DNA from: a virus
Reading direction: 5' to 3' (one strand)
DNA length: 64,000 bases
Virus record (IMG/VR): IMGVR_UViG_3300008119_000003
Span: 1 to 64,000 of that record
Shown here: positions 39,200 through 48,773 of the stretch, piece after piece
How positions within the stretch are numbered: the stretch's first letter is position 1
How the letters are laid out: each line of letters starts with the position of its first letter
Position numbers and translations under genes: made by a program
The notes under the pieces: model-generated
The model's database searches: none
Seen by the model: only the letters and a program-made list of their open reading frames with translations
What the model was told of the DNA's origin: nothing

Positions 39200-40173
39200 T
39201 TCTTTAATGCTTCTTTTAATAAGGGGTGTAAGAATGTTCTTACCTTTTCTCTACCATATACTTTAACAGAGTCTGACAAATCCTTCTCGAGTTTCAGATG
39301 TATCCCCGGAAAACCAAAGTTATCCTTATACTTCTTCATCGCTTTTATACCGGCCTCATCATTATCAAATAGAGTACAGATAGATTTATATCTAACCTTG
39401 TATATATCTATTACCTCTTGACGGATTGCTGTATTCTCACTGTCTGGTGCTACAACTTCTAGATTGTAACCAAACTTCTTGAGACACATTGCATCCTTAA
39501 GAGAACTGCAGATAACAAGATTAGGTACGTCAAACTTTAATTGGTCGGTACCCTGTACATAATTTTTTACCTTCAGAAACTTATGCTCCTTTACCTTAGG
39601 CTGATAGACCTTATAGATCTGTCCGTCCGCCCTAGTATAACCATATATATAATTACCTTTAATAGTAAGTTCATCTACAATTCCGTCGTCATCTTTCTCC
39701 ATCTTGTAGAATTCTAATGGCAATACATTATATTCAGTAAGAGTATCGGAATCTATTCCATACCTTGACCAGAACTCGGCGTCTAAATTATTCCACTGTC
39801 TAGCAGAGTAATCGGATACCTTATAAGATGCTTGTTTCTTGAATGCACTTACGGAATATTCTCCGTCGTTCTTTAATAGGAATTCATTATAGTCTTCAGT
39901 TATCTTTCTTATAGCTTCGTAGTATTCTAGATTAAATATCTTAGATACCAAACTAATATGATTACCACCATTGCCGGTAGAGAAGTCTTTGTATAGATAA
40001 CCCGAAGTGTTATAATAAATACAGAAGCTCGGAGTACGTTCTTCAGGATTGAATAAAGATTTAATCTTTACAGTTTGACCAGTTAACTTCTCATCTAATC
40101 TACAATAATATTCGAATGCCCATACTGTAGGTACATCCGCTATGTCGGATATTAAAAATCTAGTACTAATCAT
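39196..40173 (-). CDS. DNA primase (DnaG-like TOPRIM)
   Basis: ERTPSF, KDFSTG, SSLKD, FDNDEAG and KDLSD motifs. Confidence 0.85.
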   Translation of the reverse strand: MISTRFLISDIADVPTVWAFEYYCRLDEKLTGQTVKIKSLFNPEERTPSFCIYYNTSGYLYKDFSTGNGGNHISLVSKIFNLEYYEAIRKITEDYNEFLLKNDGEYSVSAFKKQASYKVSDYSARQWNNLDAEFWSRYGIDSDTLTEYNVLPLEFYKMEKDDDGIVDELTIKGNYIYGYTRADGQIYKVYQPKVKEHKFLKVKNYVQGTDQLKFDVPNLVICSSLKDAMCLKKFGYNLEVVAPDSENTAIRQEVIDIYKVRYKSICTLFDNDEAGIKAMKKYKDNFGFPGIHLKLEKDLSDSVKVYGREKVRTFLHPLLKEALKK

Positions 40174-40178
40174 AACGG

Positions 40179-40219
40179 TAAAATTAAGGGGGAATATTCC
40201 TACTCCCCCTAGTAATTTT
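40179..40219 (-). terminator. Hairpin plus U-tract after the SSB gene
   Basis: Minus strand AGGGGGAGTA-GGAA-TATTCCCCCT-TAATTTT. Confidence 0.55.
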
Positions 40220-40221
40220 AT

Positions 40222-40914
40222 TTATAATTCAAAGTCGCCAGCTACATTGCTGGTAGTAGGAGTTGCATCTCCAAAAGATTGAACCGTATCGGTCTTGCTC
40301 TTCTTGATATGAACATCAGCATTAAACTTAACTACCTTGCTCAATGCTTCTTCAACATCTGCAGACTCGTAAGCCAAGCCTTCCTTAGACCACTTTGGTA
40401 AATACAAATCGTGGTTAGTATAGCCTTGCTTATTCTGATATTCACGACCTGCTACACAAGCACGTAGATACTTACCAGTAAATGGCTTATCTGCATTAAG
40501 CTGACTTACCAAAGACTCTATAGTATCATGCTTATTATCTTGACTCTCTAACCAAGACTGCATACTCAACGCTTTACAGATGTTGTTAACAGCTTTCAGG
40601 ATCTCGTCATCACGCTTAATAATAATACCTGATTTAGTTTCGCCATCAGCATATGGGAATTCAGAGAAACGAATACGTCCCACCTGACCTTTGTAACGAC
40701 CCTGTGTAGGATCATCCTTGTCAATAAAGAAACCTTCGAAGTCAGCTCCCATGTCAGGACCCTCTACATTAAGGTTCATATTATAAGCTCCCTTCTTGTA
40801 AGGAACTTCGTCTAAGACAATGCTATTAATCTTAAACGTATGGACGCCCGGCGCCAATGTTTTAGGAACAGAGCTACCGCCGCTGTTCGTGTCGATGTTT
40901 TTTGTACTAATCAT
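40222..40914 (-). CDS. Putative single-stranded DNA-binding protein
   Basis: Between a Sak4-like ATPase and the primase; beta-rich; acidic-hydrophobic tail AGDFEL. Confidence 0.6.
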   Translation of the reverse strand: MISTKNIDTNSGGSSVPKTLAPGVHTFKINSIVLDEVPYKKGAYNMNLNVEGPDMGADFEGFFIDKDDPTQGRYKGQVGRIRFSEFPYADGETKSGIIIKRDDEILKAVNNICKALSMQSWLESQDNKHDTIESLVSQLNADKPFTGKYLRACVAGREYQNKQGYTNHDLYLPKWSKEGLAYESADVEEALSKVVKFNADVHIKKSKTDTVQSFGDATPTTSNVAGDFEL

Positions 40915-40924
40915 TTTTTAATTA

Positions 40925-41665
40925 TTAATCTATGAATACTTTATCCCAGTTTACTACTACCTCATTATCCACGAGCTCAGAGATTTCAATCTCTTGATTA
41001 CGAAGATGCTCAGGTCTTGCGCCACATGATATCTCATCAGTGGTTTTGAAACTTAATATGTTCTTACTACCTCTACGGAATAGATAACCAATCGCATCTG
41101 AATTAGATGTAGTAATTAGTTTGAGCTTACCTGTCAACGCTAAGTCTAGCGAATTAAAGTTCGACCCGTTCTTCTCCAATAGAGTATCCTTAACGTGACC
41201 TACAAGTATAGTTCTTGGTGCCCAAGTCTTGATGTAATCAATAACTTTTACGAATGCCTCCCTTAACCAGGGATATCCTGCACCATTTGGTAGGTTAAGA
41301 ATGCTACCATATTTAGCCTTCCCTTCGGTTGGCCAACCTTTACCCATCGGAGTCCGCGTGTAAAGTTCTTCAGCATATGGTAAACACATCTCTTCTAATG
41401 CTGTAATAGTATCAATAGCGACATAGCCGTACGGATTCCCTGCATCTTTGATTGCTTTACCAATTGCTTTTATTTCGTCAAGAGATGTTGCCTTCATCTT
41501 AATAGCGTCAACGTAATCGCTACCGCTTTCAAGATCTAAGATTAAACAGTTCTCTAACTGTGAAAGCACGGTTGTTTTACCGGCTTTTGGTTTACTAAAA
41601 ATAACCAGGTTCTTAGGACTTTTGCTAGTCGCAGGAACCTTACTTGTAGGCAACTTAATTTCCAT
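40925..41665 (-). CDS. AAA_24 / Sak4-like ATPase
   Basis: SKPKAGKTT, LDLESG, AIDTIT, GAGY and VGHVKD motifs. Confidence 0.8.
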   Translation of the reverse strand: MEIKLPTSKVPATSKSPKNLVIFSKPKAGKTTVLSQLENCLILDLESGSDYVDAIKMKATSLDEIKAIGKAIKDAGNPYGYVAIDTITALEEMCLPYAEELYTRTPMGKGWPTEGKAKYGSILNLPNGAGYPWLREAFVKVIDYIKTWAPRTILVGHVKDTLLEKNGSNFNSLDLALTGKLKLITTSNSDAIGYLFRRGSKNILSFKTTDEISCGARPEHLRNQEIEISELVDNEVVVNWDKVFID

Positions 41666-41666
41666 G

Positions 41667-42203
41667 TTACTTTATTAAATCGTTTAACCATTTCTTTCTG
41701 CTAACAGGTTGCTTCAACATGATAGCGGCTAAATCTCTAATAGTAAGCTGATCTAACGGAGCATCCTGATCAGGATCCATTATGTCATCAAAGCCATCAA
41801 AAGATAACTGCGTCATCTTAGAAGGTTCCTCTACTGCAATCTCTACCTTACTTAATTCAGCAACAGGTACGAGATATCTTTCACTGATTCCCTCGAGCTC
41901 ACTTTCGATTGCTTCGTATTCATCTGCGAAGAAAGGATTAAACTTCCATTTATAAAGAGTTCTGTTTGCATCTTCACATTCCATCTCACGACTTACGAAC
42001 TCTAAATAAAGATCTTGTTTCATCTTCAACTGACTTGGAAATAAAGCAATGTGTTTGCTGTCTTTACCAACCGGTTTGTAGGCTAACGTAGGAACATATA
42101 CCGCATCGGGTATACCTAACTTTTCAAAAACTTCTTGGTGAAATTCTCGGAGCTCTTTAGTACGAGCTCTTCTGTCTAACTTTTCTGTGGTTTTAATAGC
42201 CAT
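41667..42203 (-). CDS. Hypothetical replication-module protein
   Basis: 178 aa; C-terminal TIRDLAAI...PVSRKKWLN; internal QLSF. Confidence 0.65.
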   Translation of the reverse strand: MAIKTTEKLDRRARTKELREFHQEVFEKLGIPDAVYVPTLAYKPVGKDSKHIALFPSQLKMKQDLYLEFVSREMECEDANRTLYKWKFNPFFADEYEAIESELEGISERYLVPVAELSKVEIAVEEPSKMTQLSFDGFDDIMDPDQDAPLDQLTIRDLAAIMLKQPVSRKKWLNDLIK

Positions 42204-42207
42204 TTTT

Positions 42208-43200
42208 TTACCTTGTATTAATTCGTTTTTCTTGTGTAGGAGGAGCAGGTATTTCTACTACCCTCATCTTTTCGAATTCGCATCGGAAGAAACTCATTCT
42301 AGTATCACCATTCCTACATTTAAGGAAGTGCATTACCATAACGTTTTCATCATTAATGATATACCTATCGGGACCATAATAGCGAACCTTAAAATATCCC
42401 GGTCTGTTAAGACCAACAAGTATATCGGCATGCTGCAATAATGCATCGGCTCCCATCAAGTCAGAAGTAAGGATGTAGTTTCCAGCTCTACCATCTTCAT
42501 TTCTATCTGGGCTATCGATGTTTCTATTAAGCTGGCTAAGTATGATAAAGGAAATAGGATACTTTCTCTTCAACTCTGTAAGCATCTCTGCCAGGTTGTA
42601 AAGCATCTCGTGTTTATCTTTTTCAAACGGTGCTAACTTAACAAGGTAGGAGTGATCAAGAGTTACAATCGTATTTGTATATGTCGGAAATTCTCCCTCA
42701 CGATTCATGTGGTCTTCCATATACATCTCGATAATAGATCTTATCTCCAATACTGTTCTCGGTTTCTCGACAACATCTATTGGGTAACCTACTCTTTGCT
42801 TTGCATAATCATAGCATGCTTGTAGATCTGTGTCTGCTAAGGTACCGTTAGCACTACACAAATATTTATACGACTTACCAACGACGCTAGAAAATTCTCT
42901 TAAGGCAGATACACGGCCAATCATTTCGAATTGAAATTCTAAAACTCTAAAGTTCTCCCCCTTATTCAGGACGAATGCACTGTTAATGATGTTATCTTTA
43001 ACCAGAGTTTTACCTGCGCCTGATCTACCTGCGATCACTGTTAACGTGTTCCATTCTATACCGTCAGTACCCGCGTCATTAAACTTTTCCCAGGGAGTCT
43101 TGAGACTTTTGATAGCCCCTTCTTTCCTACCCTTCATATAGTGAAGAGCTTGGACAAAGCTTTCTTTCTGCCCCTTCCAGGGCTTAGCGATTTCTGACAT
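42208..43200 (-). CDS. dnaB: DnaB-like replicative helicase (C-terminal ATPase domain only)
   Basis: AGRSGAGKT, FQFEM, LSQLNR, SDLMGA and KCRNG motifs. Confidence 0.85.
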   Translation of the reverse strand: MSEIAKPWKGQKESFVQALHYMKGRKEGAIKSLKTPWEKFNDAGTDGIEWNTLTVIAGRSGAGKTLVKDNIINSAFVLNKGENFRVLEFQFEMIGRVSALREFSSVVGKSYKYLCSANGTLADTDLQACYDYAKQRVGYPIDVVEKPRTVLEIRSIIEMYMEDHMNREGEFPTYTNTIVTLDHSYLVKLAPFEKDKHEMLYNLAEMLTELKRKYPISFIILSQLNRNIDSPDRNEDGRAGNYILTSDLMGADALLQHADILVGLNRPGYFKVRYYGPDRYIINDENVMVMHFLKCRNGDTRMSFFRCEFEKMRVVEIPAPPTQEKRINTR

Positions 43201-43211
43201 GTTGTTGGTAA

Positions 43212-43424
43212 TTAAGTCCGACTAGATCCAAGGACTCTTCGGACAGTAAAGTTATAAATTTTATCCGAGGTAAAAAATATAAATTCTAAAACTAATGAAC
43301 AGACGTAGGAAATATCTGTTAGGAATGTGTCAATAAGTAACCAACAAATAACCGATAAACCTACACCTAATATAACCCTAAACATAATCCTTTCGAACTT
43401 TTGAAACTGTTCTATTTGCATCAT
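43212..43424 (-). CDS. Small membrane protein
   Basis: 70 aa with two hydrophobic stretches. Confidence 0.5.
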   Translation of the reverse strand: MMQIEQFQKFERIMFRVILGVGLSVICWLLIDTFLTDISYVCSLVLEFIFFTSDKIYNFTVRRVLGSSRT

Positions 43425-44008
43425 ACCACTTTCTCTTTTATGTGATTATCATCATCCTGATAACCACCGTTTAATATTATCTCACAGAACGCTGCAAGTT
43501 CTGAATCCCAAGTCTTATCAATACTTTGTTTACGAATAAAGTATTGGGAATTCTTCATGTACATATACCTGTTCTTCTCATACGAGTCAACGTAATAAGC
43601 AGTAGCTTTCAGTATTGTATCCCAACTGTAATCATAGTTCTTAAAGAACCATTCGAAGGCTTTCTTCAAATCATTCTTAGGTAATCTTGCTGCTTTACCG
43701 CTAGGTAACTTACCTTTTGGAAACATCTCAAGATACTGAACTACTAGATCATCCTCTGTAACTACAATAGCCTTAACGGAAGCTCGCATGTTACCAAATA
43801 ATGCCGTAGCATCATCGATAATTTTATTACCAGCATCAGTAAGAATACCTTTCTTGGCATCTTCGATAAGATCAAGATCAGCAAGTAATCTAAGTTCAGT
43901 ATGAACATTGATAACACTTGGTCTAACTTTATTTGCGATACCCCATAGAACATAAAATCCATTAGGGCTTATGCCGTTTTCGGCTAGATAATCAAAGAAT
44001 TCTTTCAT
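43421..44008 (-). CDS. Putative replication initiator / helicase loader (wHTH plus helical domain)
   Basis: Upstream of DnaB; wHTH-like N-terminus; YLEMFP and YMKNSQYFI motifs. Confidence 0.45.
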   Translation of the reverse strand: MKEFFDYLAENGISPNGFYVLWGIANKVRPSVINVHTELRLLADLDLIEDAKKGILTDAGNKIIDDATALFGNMRASVKAIVVTEDDLVVQYLEMFPKGKLPSGKAARLPKNDLKKAFEWFFKNYDYSWDTILKATAYYVDSYEKNRYMYMKNSQYFIRKQSIDKTWDSELAAFCEIILNGGYQDDDNHIKEKVV

Positions 44009-44523
44009 AACATTTCGGAATCTAAAGATACAAATGTTTTTGTAATTCCCTTCTCTTGCAACTTAGACATCAGGTTACTCCATATAGGAAGAACTCTCTT
44101 GTCTTTAATATCTAGGGCTACCTTAGTCTTATTACTACCGTGTAACATAGTAGCATGATGAGTAACCTTTTCTTTATGCATTTCGTTAACAACTCTTACC
44201 ATATGCGAGTAAGTCAGGCCTAATTCATTACCTATTAGGTAACAGCACTGCCTAATAATAATAACTTGTTGACCACGAAACTTCATGTTAGTAGTAAACG
44301 GAGCATCCTCTGGATACAATTCTTCTGCAAGATCTACTACAACCTTGAAGTCATTTATACCAGGTACCAAAGCATGATTACTACCAATGTACTTATCGTA
44401 TTTAACTAAACTCTTTTGAATATTAGTAAAGAACTTACCTATTACTAGGTTAAGATCATAATTCAACTGGGCTAGATCCTGCCGGATCTCCCCCCTCAAT
44501 TTCTTGACGTCTCTCTCTGCCAT
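44005..44523 (-). CDS. DnaA C-terminal-like HTH DNA-binding protein
   Basis: RQCCYLI...GLTYSHM...HHATMLHG resembles DnaA domain IV (R..A.YL...DHTTVIHA). Confidence 0.55.
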   Translation of the reverse strand: MAERDVKKLRGEIRQDLAQLNYDLNLVIGKFFTNIQKSLVKYDKYIGSNHALVPGINDFKVVVDLAEELYPEDAPFTTNMKFRGQQVIIIRQCCYLIGNELGLTYSHMVRVVNEMHKEKVTHHATMLHGSNKTKVALDIKDKRVLPIWSNLMSKLQEKGITKTFVSLDSEML

Positions 44524-44764
44524 ATTTTACGTAATCTGTTTCTTCTATATGATAAAATTTACCAGTGTTAATCGATATTGCCACATCTTTTACAATATGT
44601 TTAGCTCTGTCTAGCTCAATACCAAAGTCTGATAGTGCATCATATAGACATTTGTTTGTAACTGTACTTCTTTTAGAAGCTTCTATTTCAAAATAAACTT
44701 CTCCAAATCTCGGGTCAACTATTGTCTTGACCTTTATTCTACCAGGAAATTCTGGGCTTCTCAT
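44456..44764 (-). CDS. Hypothetical protein
   Basis: ORF bridging ung and the HTH gene; start chosen at ATG 44764. Confidence 0.5.
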   Translation of the reverse strand: MRSPEFPGRIKVKTIVDPRFGEVYFEIEASKRSTVTNKCLYDALSDFGIELDRAKHIVKDVAISINTGKFYHIEETDYVKYGRERRQEIEGGDPAGSSPVEL

Positions 44765-45440
44765 TTTGCTCCAAGTATTTATTAATCTTATTCCACATAT
44801 CTCCACAATCCCACTCTGGTTCTTCGTTATATGCAGCACTGGCAGGATGACTTACCATAATCTTATAGTTATTATCAGGAATTAAATCCGCAAAGTCTTG
44901 CGCTTTCTTTCCCATAAATACATAGATTAAGTTAGGTCTGTTCCAAACTAAATAGTCTAACACATATGCCATGAAAGGTTTCCATAGTAGCTGATGCGTA
45001 CCAGGTTTACCAATCGTAGTAGTAAGTGCACTGTTTAATAATAGAACTCCTTGATTAGCCCAACGAGTTAAGTCCGGGTCATTATTAAGAGAACCGGTAG
45101 TCTTACCTATAGATTTAAACATATAGTCTAAAGACTTCTCTACTTTACCAAAGTTACTGCAACTAAAAGCAATACCATCCGCCACATTAATTTGCGGATA
45201 TGGATCTTGGCCTATAATAACTACATTAACTTTATCAAAGGGACAAACTTCGAATGCTTTAAATAAATGTTTAACCTTTGGCGTGAATCTTTTACCATCT
45301 TGTGCCTCACGTAGTAGGAAGGACAGGATATCGTCGAAGTCAGATGTCATAATAAAATTAACTAGTTGGGGACCCCAACCATTTTCTTTGAGCTTTTCGT
45401 AAAGCTTGTCTTTAACTTCTTGTAAATTAACTTCTTCCAT
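44739..45440 (-). CDS. ung: Uracil-DNA glycosylase (family 1)
   Basis: IIGQDPY, WANQGVLLLN and SHPAS motifs. Confidence 0.92.
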   Translation of the reverse strand: MEEVNLQEVKDKLYEKLKENGWGPQLVNFIMTSDFDDILSFLLREAQDGKRFTPKVKHLFKAFEVCPFDKVNVVIIGQDPYPQINVADGIAFSCSNFGKVEKSLDYMFKSIGKTTGSLNNDPDLTRWANQGVLLLNSALTTTIGKPGTHQLLWKPFMAYVLDYLVWNRPNLIYVFMGKKAQDFADLIPDNNYKIMVSHPASAAYNEEPEWDCGDMWNKINKYLEQNEKPRISW

Positions 45441-45464
45441 CTTATATTTGTTAAAATTTGTATA

Positions 45465-45782
45465 ATGTCCGAGCCTAAAAAACCAGTTCAAGTAGAAGTA
45501 TATAAGCCTGATACAGTAATCAAAATAGAATTACCTGTAGCTTATGTGCAACGATTCAACCAGTTAATGTTAGAAGGTATCCCTTATAAGGATCACGACC
45601 ATTTTACTGAGACACTTAAAAAAGTAGAGAAAGGAGATCAAGATGATCCTTATAGCTACCATGTAACAACCATACTATCTTTTCTAGTTATGGTTGAAGA
45701 AGCTGCTCGTAAACAGGGTCATCTCAAAATGGTTGAGATAAACCCTGAAACACAAGAGCAGACGGATGTTAGTGAAGACTAA
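45465..45782 (+). CDS. Hypothetical protein, lone plus-strand gene
   Basis: 105-aa ORF filling the gap; TATATTTG at 45443-45450 upstream. Confidence 0.65.
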   Translation: MSEPKKPVQVEVYKPDTVIKIELPVAYVQRFNQLMLEGIPYKDHDHFTETLKKVEKGDQDDPYSYHVTTILSFLVMVEEAARKQGHLKMVEINPETQEQTDVSED

Positions 45783-46143
45783 AGTTCACAAGTTCTCCGA
45801 TTTCTATAGCTGCTTGTATAGCCATAGATAATTCTTCTTTACTACATTCTGAAAATGATTTACAGTTATCGTCAGTACATAGACCGGCTCGTAACTTTAC
45901 TTGGAGTTTCATATCTTCGAATGAGTCACCAGTATAGTTAGCAAGTTCTCTAATGCACTTATGTAACTTACTTAACTGAGCATAACTATGATCAGCTGTC
46001 TGCACTTCGTAGGTAATGACTACTGTCTCACCTTCCTGCAAACTTTTAATAAATAAACCTAGTTTAGCAGACCCTAATGGATCTATTTCTAAACTCTTAT
46101 TTACTACTTTTGCGCGTATACTTACGGGTAGTTGATCTGCCAT
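45769..46143 (-). CDS. NinB/YbcN-like protein
   Basis: SYAQLSKLH..IRELANYTG.SFEDMK and KSFSECSKEELS motifs. Confidence 0.6.
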   Translation of the reverse strand: MADQLPVSIRAKVVNKSLEIDPLGSAKLGLFIKSLQEGETVVITYEVQTADHSYAQLSKLHKCIRELANYTGDSFEDMKLQVKLRAGLCTDDNCKSFSECSKEELSMAIQAAIEIGELVNFSLH

Positions 46144-46420
46144 TTTCTTTTGGTTTGTTAGTACTTCCTTTAGGTCTTCCAGGTGATTTTTTCTGAACAA
46201 CTTTTTCTACTTTAGGCGTTTGCATTTCTTTTCTAGCCTTCTCAATACTTAGCTCATAGAATTTCTCCATGTACAAATCTAATAGACGAGCATATGATCC
46301 ATCCGCAGCATCAATCTGATCTTTAAGACGGTTAACTTGCTTATTTCTAATAGCAATACCTACTGATAATCCGGTAACTAAACCGGTAAATAATAATACA
46401 CATACTTCAAACGTTCCCAT
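46097..46420 (-). CDS. Membrane-anchored protein with AT-hook-like basic tail
   Basis: N-terminal TM, coiled coil, PGRPKGS. Confidence 0.6.
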   Translation of the reverse strand: MGTFEVCVLLFTGLVTGLSVGIAIRNKQVNRLKDQIDAADGSYARLLDLYMEKFYELSIEKARKEMQTPKVEKVVQKKSPGRPKGSTNKPKENGRSTTRKYTRKSSK

Positions 46421-46748
46421 TTCTTTTTTGTTTTAAATAGTTTTCTAATAATTCAATACTCTCTTGCATCTCCAGAAAATTCATATCTGTTATGAGCTCT
46501 GCAAATTTGCTCAATCTTTTAGACATCTCTGCCATGTCTAGTTGCTCAGGTATATCCCAGAATGCTTTCAGTAATGGACCGTGTTCTTTAACCACGATAT
46601 CATTAAAGTTATTTAAAATATTCTTAGTCTTATGCCTATTAAACCATTTGATATGCATGGTCTCATCTGCTGCGAACACAGCCATCTGTAACCACACTAC
46701 TAGGTTAGCAATCTTTAATCTGTCCGCGTCCTCTCTCGTTAATGACAT
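46407..46748 (-). CDS. Hypothetical protein
   Basis: 113-aa ORF in a tightly packed operon. Confidence 0.6.
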   Translation of the reverse strand: MSLTREDADRLKIANLVVWLQMAVFAADETMHIKWFNRHKTKNILNNFNDIVVKEHGPLLKAFWDIPEQLDMAEMSKRLSKFAELITDMNFLEMQESIELLENYLKQKRNGNV

Positions 46749-47047
46749 AAATGTAATTTAGCTAATCCTTCTTCCACTGTAATGTACTCTATCTTGAGAC
46801 CTGCCCACTCTGGTAGGAAGGATCCCATATCTGTACCACTTGTCTCCTCACCATGCCATTCTGCTTGAGCAGTAATATAAGGTCCACCACTAGGGTCTAT
46901 CATAGAGAATTTCTCTGTAGGCATGCCTGATTCACCAGGCCATCCGCCTAGACGGTACCCATCAGCAAACCCCGTCATCTCTATTACGTTATCCTTCTTC
47001 TCAAAGATAATTAGATCACTATAACGATTTCTATACTCTGTCTTCAT
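46739..47047 (-). CDS. Hypothetical protein
   Basis: 102 aa with NRY and IDPSGGPYI motifs. Confidence 0.65.
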   Translation of the reverse strand: MKTEYRNRYSDLIIFEKKDNVIEMTGFADGYRLGGWPGESGMPTEKFSMIDPSGGPYITAQAEWHGEETSGTDMGSFLPEWAGLKIEYITVEEGLAKLHLCH

Positions 47048-47190
47048 TCCTTAAGTTGTTTAATCTTTTTGTATACAAGTTCAACACAGTCATCTATACC
47101 TTTATAAGGGTTAAGATAAGGCACAGTCTTATTACCACGTAGATGTTCCATCTCCTTGATTAGTTCTTCTAATACTTTTTTAGTACTCAT
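47044..47190 (-). CDS. Small hypothetical protein (48 aa)
   Basis: Read by hand (MSTKKVLEELIKEMEHLRG...); ATGA overlaps with both neighbours. Confidence 0.55.
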   Translation of the reverse strand: MSTKKVLEELIKEMEHLRGNKTVPYLNPYKGIDDCVELVYKKIKQLKE

Positions 47191-47387
47191 AAGTCATCAG
47201 GATCAGTTGTTGTGCCTACAGTTATCGGGTCTACATATACAGTATCCTCCGGTATCTTAACAGCTTTAAACATTTGGTAGTCCTCTCTCTCAAGAGGCTT
47301 ATCCTTTACAGATAGGTATAAACCTATTGTAGCAGCACAATCTAGTAGTAAGATAAATGCTAATGCCCATATGATATACTTAGTCAT
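47187..47387 (-). CDS. Small membrane protein
   Basis: N-terminal hydrophobic helix. Confidence 0.55.
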   Translation of the reverse strand: MTKYIIWALAFILLLDCAATIGLYLSVKDKPLEREDYQMFKAVKIPEDTVYVDPITVGTTTDPDDL

Positions 47388-47389
47388 TG

Positions 47390-47533
47390 TTATTCAATTT
47401 TTATTTCTTCAAAAGATCTTAAGGTATCACAGTTAGGACACTCTAACTTAATAAGGTTGCCTAATTTAACAGCTACCCATTGATGCCCGCAGCAATCACA
47501 TTTAACTAGTGATGCATTGTACTTCTTATCCAT
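47390..47533 (-). CDS. Small zinc-ribbon protein (47 aa)
   Basis: Read by hand: KCDCCGHQW...ECPNCD. Confidence 0.65.
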   Translation of the reverse strand: MDKKYNASLVKCDCCGHQWVAVKLGNLIKLECPNCDTLRSFEEIKIE

Positions 47534-47534
47534 G

Positions 47535-47828
47535 TTAATCAGACTCTTGTTCTAGTTCAGGACGGTTGACCTTTAGGCCCCACATCAGGTTATACATAGA
47601 AGCAGATCTTTGAGCATACTTAACGGTAAGCCTTCTATGCTTACGCAAGTAGGTTACCATCCACTCCGTCCACTTTTCTTCTTGCTCAGGAGTCATGGTC
47701 CATTGCTCATACCATTTGTCCTTACGGTCTTTAATGTCCTCAAAGGTTACATCATGACCAGCTATTATAAACATGGTGTTGATTATATCTTTTACCATGT
47801 CATCGTCAGTTAGTCTCTTGCTTTTCAT
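47535..47828 (-). CDS. Hypothetical protein
   Basis: 97 aa, Trp-rich, operon-packed. Confidence 0.65.
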   Translation of the reverse strand: MKSKRLTDDDMVKDIINTMFIIAGHDVTFEDIKDRKDKWYEQWTMTPEQEEKWTEWMVTYLRKHRRLTVKYAQRSASMYNLMWGLKVNRPELEQESD

Positions 47829-48039
47829 CTTTTACAAATATTGGTTTAACCACATCAAGGCCGGAGCCATTTTTAGGAAATTGTATTTTACATACTTTAC
47901 CAACAAAGTATAACTCACTAGGAGTTTTTACATAAATAGCAAGTACTTCCAACTCATTAAAAATTAAATCGTCTTGACTGAGGTCTTTAGTTACATAAAA
48001 TGCATCTCCTCCTAACTCTACATAGTCTCCTACTTTCAT
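47806..48039 (-). CDS. Hypothetical protein (SH3-like start MKVGD)
   Basis: 77 aa, operon-packed. Confidence 0.55.
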   Translation of the reverse strand: MKVGDYVELGGDAFYVTKDLSQDDLIFNELEVLAIYVKTPSELYFVGKVCKIQFPKNGSGLDVVKPIFVKDEKQETN

Positions 48040-48263
48040 AAGTTAATTAGTATTACTTTATTATCTATGGTGATCATAGCTACTGGTATAAGTTCCTCAT
48101 CATTTAAATAACGTGACACCTTTGCGCCTATCTCCATACGGCCAGGATCACTTGAATAAACAACTATACATTCATGACTATAATCATTACTTACATTAGT
48201 AAGCTGTAGTACAATAGTGTCTGGCTCATAGTAATCATCTATGTAACATTCTCCAGGTTTCAT
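48036..48263 (-). CDS. Hypothetical protein
   Basis: 75 aa, ATGA overlaps. Confidence 0.55.
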   Translation of the reverse strand: MKPGECYIDDYYEPDTIVLQLTNVSNDYSHECIVVYSSDPGRMEIGAKVSRYLNDEELIPVAMITIDNKVILINL

Positions 48264-48559
48264 GGGTCTTCTATTTCACAGGTTAAATCTAAATCACCAA
48301 ATACCTTAGCAATAGGCTCGAGTTTATCACGAGATCCATACTTTACCACAGCCTTTCCCTCTTCATGAATCTTCATAGCGAACTGAGCAGCTCTTGCCGA
48401 AGATATCTCACAGTATATAATGAGAGCCATAATAACCTTATCAAAGGTATTATGGTCGTCATTATACAATACAAGTTTGGAATCTTCCATAAAAGACAAA
48501 TCTAGAACGATATCTTCAAGTACAATAGTACTAGTTTCTCCAATTGATCCAGTCATCAT
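48260..48559 (-). CDS. clpS: ATP-dependent Clp protease adaptor ClpS
   Basis: LVLYNDDHNTFDKVI and AMKIHEEGKAVVKYG motifs; exact start uncertain (48556-48565). Confidence 0.85.
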   Translation of the reverse strand: MMTGSIGETSTIVLEDIVLDLSFMEDSKLVLYNDDHNTFDKVIMALIIYCEISSARAAQFAMKIHEEGKAVVKYGSRDKLEPIAKVFGDLDLTCEIEDP

Positions 48560-48773
48560 GGTCATCTGCTTCTTGTTCTTTATAACAGTCTTTACAAAGA
48601 TCGGCATTATCTAAAAGTTCCTGTTCGATATCATCGACATCCCTATCAACATCTACTATAGACATAGCCATTTCTCTTATCACATCTACGTCACAATAGC
48701 GACAAAGATCCTCCGCTTGATTCCACGGAGAGTTTGGATCATTCTCTGATCCCGCAGGTAAATAATCAGACAT
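48531..48773 (-). CDS. Small acidic CxxC...CxxC protein
   Basis: LPAG..NDPNSPWNQ, CRYC and CKDC motifs. Confidence 0.6.
   Translation of the reverse strand: MSDYLPAGSENDPNSPWNQAEDLCRYCDVDVIREMAMSIVDVDRDVDDIEQELLDNADLCKDCYKEQEADDHDDWINWRN

Noticed and set aside
26972-45440. Uracil-substituted or hypermodified genome
   Set aside because: The phage encodes an intact Ung and a MazG-like pyrophosphatase, and no base-modification pathway is recognisable in this window.
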